38,344 nt of DNA, from the IMG/VR virus record IMGVR_UViG_3300027985_000213, one strand, 5' to 3'. This document shows positions 1 through 6,630 of this stretch, piece after piece (positions within the stretch are counted from its first letter, which is position 1; every line of letters begins with the position of its first letter). The position numbers were made by a program, and so were the translations under genes. Source of the DNA: a virus. The notes under the pieces were generated by a model, which made no database searches, was not told the DNA's origin, and saw nothing but the letters and a program-made list of their open reading frames with translations.

Positions 1-144
1 CAACCGAGAGTGAATAGAGATACGATTTTTTTACGCCCATATCTCTTGTAAAATTCCTCGTTACTTAGGCTTAGATCTACTTTTTCATTTATATTATTAT
101 CCATATTGGCATCTATCCTCTCATTACTATAAATTTTCATCGTT
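1..144. repeat. Direct terminal repeat, left copy (identical to 38201-38344)
   Basis: Read base by base: nt 1-144 equal nt 38201-38344 with no mismatch. Nothing outside the repeat looks like host DNA. Confidence 0.95.
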
Positions 145-194
145 ATATTTTACCACAACTTTTCTAAATTTAATAGCACGAGAATAAATGTACT

Positions 195-479
195 TTACTT
201 AGATACGATGTTGATTTTCTCGCCGTCTAATCCGGCTTTAATCATCGTCTTTTTTTCTGCCTCTGCAGCTGTTTTTGTTTTATGGTTTCCTGCGATCTCG
301 ATTTCATACGCCGCCTTTTTGATGGCTATATTTCCTCTGAAACCGCTCTTTGCGCATTTAACCATTTCCTTTACCGCTGTTTCTCTGCTTTCAAATGATC
401 CGTACGTTATTTTGTGCCCTTCTGCTTTCTTAGCTTCGTCTTGGCTAGTTTCTGCAGCTGTAGCCGTATCTTTCTTCAT
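195..479 (-). CDS. Small SPOR-like (peptidoglycan-binding fold) protein, last gene of the lysis region
   Basis: 94 aa with an AAAGGAGG SD. The pattern ITYGSFESRETAV..GF..YEIEIAG..AAEAEK..IKAGLDG resembles the duplicated beta-alpha-beta SPOR repeat. No signal peptide or TM segment is visible. Confidence 0.4.
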   Translation of the reverse strand: MKKDTATAAETSQDEAKKAEGHKITYGSFESRETAVKEMVKCAKSGFRGNIAIKKAAYEIEIAGNHKTKTAAEAEKKTMIKAGLDGEKINIVSK

Positions 480-502
480 GTGCGTAGCCTCCTTTCGTTA
501 AT

Positions 503-865
503 TTACTCTTTTGCTTGCTGTGTTGGCTCTGATCCGCTAATGTACAGTTTCATGTTTTCGTTTTGTTCCCATTTCTTCTTAGCCGCTTCAAGTGCTGTTT
601 CGATCATCTTGTCGATGTCCTTAGATGTAAAAAGGAATTTCAATATTGCCGGCAACCTCTCATAGATCCAATCCGAAACCGTCGCATATTTTAATTCCCC
701 TGTCCCTGCTCCATATTCTTTTTCAGCCTGCGTTACTAATCTGTATAGGATATTGTTTAAGATCTTAACCTCGCCTCTTTTAACAAGAACCACGATTAAA
801 ATAATGAAGCCTATAACCACTAGAACACTATCCCAATTAGCAAGTAAAAAGTTTAATATAGCCAT
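503..865 (-). CDS. Holin-like protein with a single N-terminal TM (LL-H holin family-like)
   Basis: Hydrophobic N-terminus (ILNFLLANWDSVLVVIGFIILIVVLV) followed by a charged helical tail. The ATG at 865 has AGGAGG 7 nt upstream; the ORF-track start at 871 is too close to the SD. Confidence 0.5.
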   Translation of the reverse strand: MAILNFLLANWDSVLVVIGFIILIVVLVKRGEVKILNNILYRLVTQAEKEYGAGTGELKYATVSDWIYERLPAILKFLFTSKDIDKMIETALEAAKKKWEQNENMKLYISGSEPTQQAKE

Positions 866-876
866 TTCCATTCCTC

Positions 877-1836
877 CTATTCTACAATTTCAAGATCCTT
901 TACAAGAACCCAACTGTTAATTCCGCCATTTGCTCCAAGTAACGCCTTTTCTCCGGATATTTTCGAAACTGTGTGCGTTCCGCTTTTTGCCCACTTAGAA
1001 ACTGGTTGCCCTGTTGCGTACTTGCTGCCTGTGATTTTTACTTTTGAACCCTCTTTTAGCGTCTGCGCTGCCCCCTCTAGGTCTTTCAAGTAAACCCAAC
1101 TATTAATTCCGGATAATAGCGCTCTGTCCTCTTTTAATGCCTTAATAGCGTATTTACTGCCCTTCACGAAATCGGCGATATTTTGACCGGTTGCGTATTT
1201 TGCTGCAGTCTTTTTAACCGTCGCAATGTCCCCAACTTTAAAACCGCTGCTTTCCTGTTCCTTTTCCGGCGCTTTTGCCTCCTGCGCTCCGCCGCTTACT
1301 GCCGCTATGATCTCGTTAAATTGGTAGTTCTGCCCAGGGCAATTTGGTTTTGTAATCGGACTTACTTCGAAATGCCCTACAATATGCTCTCTATCCGCCG
1401 GTATCTCTACCCCGAAAATGCTTTTAACTTCACTTCTGATATGCTTTATTAGTTCGATCGTTGCGGCTTTCTGTGCCTCTGTTAGTTTGCCTTTACCTTC
1501 TGCCCAAATTCCCTCATGCTCGATTGATACGGTGTAATAATTGGCGTTTGTCTTTCTGTCCCTCACCGCTTTAAGCGATGATTTTCCGTAATAAACTTTG
1601 CTCGTTGGGTTTGTGCTCGTTCCGTTGCACCATGATCCGTCTTTCAGATCCACAAGCTGCGTTATTCTTCCGTCTTTGGCAACAACGAAATGCGCCGATG
1701 CTTGCGACTTCGGATTGCATAGCCACGATACCGCCCCATTGTATGATCCTTCTGTGATATGGCATACAATCATATCCGGTTTCCAACCATTCCTCCCATT
1801 GTACTTATTTGGCGAATTTTTCTTAGTGATGTTCAT
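877..1836 (-). CDS. Endolysin: N-acetylmuramoyl-L-alanine amidase (Amidase_2/PGRP type) with two C-terminal SH3b-like repeats
   Basis: The N-terminal 170 aa show amidase_2 features (CHITEGS, SAHFVV, HFEVS..CPG). Two about 60-aa repeats each end in GINSWV.(L/V)KDLE. SD is GAAGGAGG. Confidence 0.85.
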   Translation of the reverse strand: MNITKKNSPNKYNGRNGWKPDMIVCHITEGSYNGAVSWLCNPKSQASAHFVVAKDGRITQLVDLKDGSWCNGTSTNPTSKVYYGKSSLKAVRDRKTNANYYTVSIEHEGIWAEGKGKLTEAQKAATIELIKHIRSEVKSIFGVEIPADREHIVGHFEVSPITKPNCPGQNYQFNEIIAAVSGGAQEAKAPEKEQESSGFKVGDIATVKKTAAKYATGQNIADFVKGSKYAIKALKEDRALLSGINSWVYLKDLEGAAQTLKEGSKVKITGSKYATGQPVSKWAKSGTHTVSKISGEKALLGANGGINSWVLVKDLEIVE

Positions 1837-1853
1837 TAAAACAACCTCCTTCG

Positions 1854-2207
1854 TTATTGTGATGATATGTTATTAAGATAAATGGATCCTTCCGTTATAT
1901 CCGGATTTTCCTTTTTGATCTTTAGAATGTTTTCCGCTTTCGCCTTCCAACAATAAAATGCGATTGTTGCAGCTGTCGGCGTTCCTATGAACGCCAATAC
2001 AACCCCTAGTTGCGTTACGTCTATAAAAACAACCTTGATGCCTACGAAAACCCCTATAAAATAGGTTGAAAGAACAAGAAGAAGTACGATTTTTGAAAAC
2101 TCGTACTTCTTACCTGTTTTTTTCTTTGAATTTAGTTTTATAGCGATTAATGCCGTTATGATGATCCCGACAACAACCCCTGCTATGATGAAATTAATAT
2201 AATTCAT
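1854..2207 (-). CDS. Holin-like membrane protein (three predicted TM segments)
   Basis: 117 aa with three hydrophobic stretches and a charged C-terminus. It sits between the XhlA-like gene and the endolysin, the xhlB position in PBSX. Confidence 0.55.
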   Translation of the reverse strand: MNYINFIIAGVVVGIIITALIAIKLNSKKKTGKKYEFSKIVLLLVLSTYFIGVFVGIKVVFIDVTQLGVVLAFIGTPTAATIAFYCWKAKAENILKIKKENPDITEGSIYLNNISSQ

Positions 2208-2223
2208 TTTGCACCGCCTTTAC

Positions 2224-2550
2224 TTAAAACAGTTTAGCTGCCGCAAATGCAACCCCTGCTAAGAGGATATATTTCACAACCTCATATTTTAAGTTGTCGA
2301 ATGTCTTTGCGTCTTTGCTTTTCATTGCCTCCATCGCCTCCGCAATCTTAACTATGTTTTTTTCTATAACCTCTATTGCGTCGAATATCCTTTCGATGTC
2401 TTTTCGGTTTTCACTTCTAGCGATCTCTAGGTCTGTAATCCGCTTTTCAAAGTCCTTTAATGTGTCCTTTGTTTCGTTAACTGCGTTCCAAACCGATTTT
2501 ATTCTGTCCTCTATGTTCCTCACCTGTATGCAGTCTTTACATTCATTCAA
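2224..2550 (-). CDS. xhlA: XhlA-like lysis-associated protein (coiled coil plus C-terminal TM)
   Basis: 108 aa with a long heptad-like charged helix and the C-terminal anchor YILLAGVAFAAAKLF. Same position as in the PBSX lysis cassette. Its start overlaps the RT stop by 8 nt. Confidence 0.6.
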   Translation of the reverse strand: MNECKDCIQVRNIEDRIKSVWNAVNETKDTLKDFEKRITDLEIARSENRKDIERIFDAIEVIEKNIVKIAEAMEAMKSKDAKTFDNLKYEVVKYILLAGVAFAAAKLF

Positions 2551-3664
2551 TGCCCTTCACCTCGTTCGCTCTGTTTCGTGATGCGTCTGTGCACCTTAAT
2601 ACGAAATCATTAATTATTTTTTCTCTTAGTCCGTCGTTTGTGCAATGCTTCATTAACCCGAAATAACTTTGCATTGTCGAATTGACTTCTTTTAATGTCA
2701 TTTCTCCTAACTCATAGGCTTTCTTAATGTATTTAATTCGTGCTTTCATTCTTTTAACTGTGGATTTTCTTAGCCTTATTTCGTCTTTGTTAATGACATA
2801 CCCCACAAAATCGACGTTGCAGGTAGTCGGTCTTATGACCGTTTTATTGTTTAAATTCAGCTTTAATTTTTCAAGTAAAAATACTTCTATTTTTTCTTGG
2901 ATTTCTTTTAGCTGCTTTTTGTCGTTGTGAAGTATTATGCAGTCGTCCATATATCTTATTGCGTACTTTAACCTTAACTCGTGTTTCAAGTATTGATCTA
3001 GTTCGTTCATATATATGTTTGCGAACATTTGGCTTGTTAGGTTCCCTATCGGCATTCCTTTGTCGAATATCATTTCTTGTGGTGCGACATCGCAAGGATC
3101 CAAACCCAACGGCAGCCCAAACGCTCTTTTTTCTGACTTTATTATTTTTCTAAGCAGCTCTAATAGCCTGCCGTCTTTTATTCTTTTTTCCAGTATGTTT
3201 AATAAAACTTCGTGATCCACACGATAATAGAATTTCGAAATATCAAGTTTCAAGTAATAGTATTGTTCCAGTTTCCTGTCTGTTTGCCGTAACCAATACT
3301 GCAGGCGATTGCCTGCCTTTTCTCTGCCTTTTTCTTTTCTGCAGCCGTAACTATCCCCTATGTACGTCTTTTCGTATAGCGGATTTAATAGCCTGTAGAT
3401 CGCCCATTGTAGCACACGATCTCGATATTGCAACGCCATTATTAACCTTTTCTTTGGAACGTGGATATACATAACCCTATAGCCACTTACTTTATATGTT
3501 CCTTCTTTTAACTCTTTGTACAACTTGTTTAAGTTGCTATCTAATTCCAATGAAAAGCGCATTATCTCGTTTCTTTCACTTTTACATCGCATAGCGTCAA
3601 TATGGGCGGCATAGATATTGTTGTAGCTTATTACGTCGTCGTATGTTACTTTGAATTTTTTCAT
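2543..3664 (-). CDS. DGR reverse transcriptase
   Basis: 373 aa with RT motifs LKLDISKFYYRVDH, GMPIGNLTSQMFANIYMNELD (DGR-type motif 4) and IRYMDDCIIL (YMDD). It lies directly downstream of the TR on the same strand. No maturase, endonuclease or RNase H domain is present. Confidence 0.9.
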   Translation of the reverse strand: MKKFKVTYDDVISYNNIYAAHIDAMRCKSERNEIMRFSLELDSNLNKLYKELKEGTYKVSGYRVMYIHVPKKRLIMALQYRDRVLQWAIYRLLNPLYEKTYIGDSYGCRKEKGREKAGNRLQYWLRQTDRKLEQYYYLKLDISKFYYRVDHEVLLNILEKRIKDGRLLELLRKIIKSEKRAFGLPLGLDPCDVAPQEMIFDKGMPIGNLTSQMFANIYMNELDQYLKHELRLKYAIRYMDDCIILHNDKKQLKEIQEKIEVFLLEKLKLNLNNKTVIRPTTCNVDFVGYVINKDEIRLRKSTVKRMKARIKYIKKAYELGEMTLKEVNSTMQSYFGLMKHCTNDGLREKIINDFVLRCTDASRNRANEVKGIE

Positions 3665-3841
3665 GTCTTATCATATCGCCTTAATATGCCATGCGTTGCA
3701 CCGTTCGCCTGTAGGCTACTAGCTGCATTCATGGAAATTTTTATTTTTCTTATCATTTGATAAGAAGGGAAATGCGCCCCTTTTCTTCTCTCTGTACTGT
3801 ACGCCGCCCACGTGTTGCGGCATATGCTTACTATATGAGAA
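3665..3841 (-). ncRNA. DGR spacer region between TR and RT (part of the presumed TR-containing RNA)
   Basis: 177 nt non-coding. Contains hairpin GCCGC-N9-GCGGC (3803-3821, with CACGTG in the loop), palindrome GCATATGC (3820-3827) and palindrome CTTATCAttTGATAAG (3749-3764). The role is assigned by position only. Confidence 0.55.
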
Positions 3842-3958
3842 AAGCGGAGAAAAACCCTAAATTCGCATTCGAGTTAGAACGAGGGTTGTTCAAATTGCCG
3901 TTAGCCTCTCCGGCATTCGCACCATTACCATAATTACCGCCTCGGTAGAGCAGCCTTT
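3842..3958 (-). repeat. DGR template repeat (TR)
   Basis: 117 nt, non-coding. Aligns without gaps to 4466-4582 at a constant offset of 624. In the VR frame it carries 10 AAY and 2 TAY codons. Confidence 0.9.
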
Positions 3959-3979
3959 ACGGCGCATTCCCCATAGTTT

Positions 3980-4384
3980 TTATTTCAGCTTGTTAAGCCA
4001 ACTACCTAATATTCGTCCCATTTCCTCTAGTTTCTCGCTCCACTTTCTTTGTTTTTCGAGTGGTAGCACTACCGTTTTAGGATCAAACTTCGGATCCGCC
4101 ACTATTAACAGTAGTTGCCTAAGAAACTTTATTTTTGCATCTGCCTGCGTTAATGCCGTTTTCTTCTTTTCCTTCGTCGCTGCATCTGTGAGCAGGTCTA
4201 GTATTTCGTACATGCTCTTTTCGATTTGTGCACCGATGCTGTTACCTACTCTGTATCTTTTCGGAAATTGAGCATGGTATAGGCAGGCATTGCCGTACTG
4301 TATCATTTCTCTTGTTTTCTTGAAAATCAATAGATCTTCTTTTTGTTCCGGCGGCTTTTCCGTCGCTCTAAAGTTTCTTTGCAT
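3980..4384 (-). CDS. avd: Accessory variability determinant (Avd-like four-helix-bundle protein)
   Basis: 134 aa, basic and predicted helical, with the FPKRYR motif typical of the Avd / 23S rRNA intervening-sequence protein family. It sits between the target gene and the TR. SD is AAGGAG. Confidence 0.8.
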   Translation of the reverse strand: MQRNFRATEKPPEQKEDLLIFKKTREMIQYGNACLYHAQFPKRYRVGNSIGAQIEKSMYEILDLLTDAATKEKKKTALTQADAKIKFLRQLLLIVADPKFDPKTVVLPLEKQRKWSEKLEEMGRILGSWLNKLK

Positions 4385-4409
4385 CTTGGCAACTCCTTAA
4401 TTTAAAATA

Positions 4410-4433
4410 GGGCGCACGCTGCCGCATGCACCC
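4410..4433 (-). promoter_or_regulatory. GC-rich hairpin just downstream of the DGR target gene (target-recognition and/or terminator element)
   Basis: The minus-strand RNA/DNA GGGUGCAUGC-GGCA-GCGUGCGCCC forms a 10-bp stem (two G:U pairs) with a 4-nt loop, 6 nt after the stop codon. On the plus strand the same positions are C/A mismatches. Confidence 0.6.
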
Positions 4434-4439
4434 ACAGGA

Positions 4440-5504
4440 TTAAAGATAGAGGGCAGGATCCACGTAAGCGGAGAAAAACCCTAAAATCGCAGACGAGAGA
4501 GAGCGAGGGTAGTACAAATGGCCGAGAGCCTCTCCGGCAGTCGCACCATTACCAAAATTACCGCCTCGGAAGAGCAGCCTTTCACCGTTGTTTCTCATAT
4601 AAAAACCGCCTCTTCCTGTTTTGGCTGTGTTAGGGAATAACGCTAACGCTTTTAGCATGTCCGGAACGGTTACGCCTGCTTTTGCTGTCAACGTGCCGAA
4701 ATCTTTATAGCCGTATGGCGTTTCGTCTGTTTGCTTGTTTTCAATTGTTGTCGAAACATAAAAATTTCCTGTTCCTGCCGTTGGCGTTGCCGAATAATCA
4801 AACTTTAATGTTGCATCTGTACCAGGGGCAACAAATGAACCATCTTGTAAAATCCCTTTCCATGCTGCGCTTGTAGATTTTTGATCTACATTGTGCATCG
4901 CTGCGTTGTTGTTAGGGATTACTTGGATCTCGCCCTCGTTAAGCCTCATTCCGGAAACCCATTTAACCACATTGCCCACTAGATCCCAAACGTCATTTCC
5001 TACACCGTCGATGCACCAAGATTTGTCGCCGGATCCTGTTAGTGTTCGGTATGCTCCGCTTTGATTTGTTGGACTTAACACGCCTTTTTCATATGCTTTA
5101 ACGTGAGATTTTCCGTTATTCGTGTTTCCTCTCGGCTCTAGTCCTGCTGCCGTAATTTTGTTGTGAAGTAATCCCCACTCTGCAGCCGTCAATAGATGCC
5201 ACCCTGCGCCTTTGTTGTAGCATACCTCTAACGCTCTGTCGTAGGTAACATAGTTTGCAGGATCTTGATTTGGTAAGCTGTAAGCACGATTGTTTTTAAC
5301 GATGTTGATGTACTTCGATACATAAATGTATGGCACTACAACGTCATTAACCACAAATGCAGGGTGTGGAACATGCGCCGCACCTATGCCCAATTCGTCC
5401 AAATATACTAATGGCACTTTTACCATTACCGACGGTAACCCTAGATCATCTAAAATAATTTCATTGTTTGCCGCTGCTGCCCTTAAATCTTCATAATTAC
5501 TCAT
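4440..5504 (-). CDS. DGR target: variable receptor-binding protein with FGE-sulfatase / C-type-lectin-like fold
   Basis: 354 aa with FGE/SUMF1-like motifs (GWHLLTAAEW, DLVGNVVKWV, RGGNF). The C-terminal 40 codons are the VR. It is the last gene of the tail-fibre region. Confidence 0.85.
   Translation of the reverse strand: MSNYEDLRAAAANNEIILDDLGLPSVMVKVPLVYLDELGIGAAHVPHPAFVVNDVVVPYIYVSKYINIVKNNRAYSLPNQDPANYVTYDRALEVCYNKGAGWHLLTAAEWGLLHNKITAAGLEPRGNTNNGKSHVKAYEKGVLSPTNQSGAYRTLTGSGDKSWCIDGVGNDVWDLVGNVVKWVSGMRLNEGEIQVIPNNNAAMHNVDQKSTSAAWKGILQDGSFVAPGTDATLKFDYSATPTAGTGNFYVSTTIENKQTDETPYGYKDFGTLTAKAGVTVPDMLKALALFPNTAKTGRGGFYMRNNGERLLFRGGNFGNGATAGEALGHLYYPRSLSSAILGFFSAYVDPALYL
4466..4582 (-). repeat. 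DGR variable repeat (VR), inside the 3' end of the target gene
   Basis: 117 nt, 103/117 identical to the TR. 13 of the 14 differences are at TR adenines (coding strand). Confidence 0.9.
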
Positions 5505-5844
5505 TGATATATACCCCCTCTATGCTCCATAGTGTTAACGTGCATTTTGTAATGTCGAAATCCTTTTGTACTTTTTCATATGTTGGCTTGCCTTCTGCGT
5601 CCGGCTCTCCCTCTACATACTCGTATTCTTTAGCCGGTATTTCAATTTGCGCTACGTAATTGTAGCCTAAACCCATTACTAAGTTGCCGTCGCTATCTGC
5701 GCAAATATCTTTCGTTACTACGTCGTCCGTCTGTAGCTTTGGCAACCTCACCGCTAACACATCGCCGATCCACAACGTCGAACCCTCTAAAGAGTAACTA
5801 ATTTTCTTTCCTTCGTTCTTTTCAACTACTTTAATCGTTGACAT
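5497..5844 (-). CDS. Hypothetical tail-fibre-region protein
   Basis: 115-aa ORF translationally coupled to both neighbours (overlapping stop/start). No motif recognised. Confidence 0.5.
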   Translation of the reverse strand: MSTIKVVEKNEGKKISYSLEGSTLWIGDVLAVRLPKLQTDDVVTKDICADSDGNLVMGLGYNYVAQIEIPAKEYEYVEGEPDAEGKPTYEKVQKDFDITKCTLTLWSIEGVYINE

Positions 5845-6338
5845 TAAATCTTACCTCCTATTATGAAATATTTAATTGTTATCGGCTGTTTCGGGCAATC
5901 TTCTACCTCGACTTTGAAGCCGTTTAACTGCTTGTCTTTAATTCGAATTTCTCTGCCCTGCACCAAATTGTCGCAATATGGTATCACTAAATAATTTAGT
6001 GTATTGCGTGCCTTTGCCATCGAAACCGTTACGCTCTGTGTGTTAAACGGATAATCTTCCGTTGTCGATACTTGAACCTCTCCGATTTCGAAATAGGTGT
6101 TTTCTAATTCTCTTTGGTGCTGCAGCAATTGAACGATAGCCATGTTTGCCAATATCATAGCTTCGTTAATTCCATGTTCCCCTACCATCATGTTAGTTTG
6201 ATTAAAGCTAGTTCCTGCCTCGATAACCTCACCCACAACCGGCGTTAATGTTATGGTGCCGTCTGCGTTTTCGGTTATCGAGTACGTATTGCTTTTTTCA
6301 GTTCTTCGGTTTTTCCATAAAACTAAATCGTATGCCAT
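5844..6338 (-). CDS. Putative tail fibre / baseplate-distal protein
   Basis: 164 aa with an AGGAGG SD. The N-terminus (W.N....N.Y...ENADGTITLTP..GEV...GT..N..N) resembles N-termini of Firmicutes phage fibre proteins. The call is mainly positional. Confidence 0.4.
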   Translation of the reverse strand: MAYDLVLWKNRRTEKSNTYSITENADGTITLTPVVGEVIEAGTSFNQTNMMVGEHGINEAMILANMAIVQLLQHQRELENTYFEIGEVQVSTTEDYPFNTQSVTVSMAKARNTLNYLVIPYCDNLVQGREIRIKDKQLNGFKVEVEDCPKQPITIKYFIIGGKI

Positions 6339-6347
6339 GTTAACCTC

Positions 6348-6629
6348 CTACTCTTTCCGAATTGTTATTTTTATTCCTATTGTCGCCGATGCTAAAGTGT
6401 CTTTTTTCGTGTTGTAATCCTTGCTTTCTAGCAGTTCGTCGTTTGCATCGTACAGTTTTGCGTTTGTGATTGTACCCTGCATTTCGTCGTCGATATAAAC
6501 GTAAATCGTTATGCTGTCGCCACTTTTTACAACCTTCCCTATGGTTCCTTCTTTGACAACTCCATCGATTGTATAGGTCGCCTTTTTAACTATGCTTTCT
6601 GTGTACTGCAGTAATCTGTCTTTAAGCAT
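6348..6629 (-). CDS. Hypothetical tail protein
   Basis: 93-aa ORF with SD AGAGGAGG, between the XkdU-like gene and the fibre-region genes. Confidence 0.5.
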   Translation of the reverse strand: MLKDRLLQYTESIVKKATYTIDGVVKEGTIGKVVKSGDSITIYVYIDDEMQGTITNAKLYDANDELLESKDYNTKKDTLASATIGIKITIRKE

Positions 6630-6630
6630 T

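Noticed and set aside
1-144. Terminal repeats interpreted as attL/attR, IS inverted repeats or LTRs.
   Set aside because: The repeats are direct, not inverted. Nothing lies outside them in the window, and the unit between them is a full phage genome. A circular-assembly overlap or a DTR explains them better.
2543-3664. The RT could be a retron, group II intron or Abi-type reverse transcriptase.
   Set aside because: The adjacent TR/VR pair with adenine-specific mismatches, the Avd-like gene and the PIGNLTSQ motif fit a DGR. There is no maturase/endonuclease domain, no intron RNA-like flanks and no msr/msd-like inverted repeats.
3855-3861. The TTTAGGG motif inside the conserved 3' end of the TR and VR (3855-3861, 4479-4485) matches the TTTAGGG repeats upstream of terS.
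   Set aside because: A 7-mer shared between AT-rich regions is expected by chance, and no flanking similarity exists. It is treated as coincidence.
3959-3979. Possible extension of TR/VR homology beyond 3958/4582, and beyond 3842/4466 on the other side.
   Set aside because: A position-by-position comparison drops to chance level immediately outside the 117-nt block, and the residual matches are not adenine-patterned.
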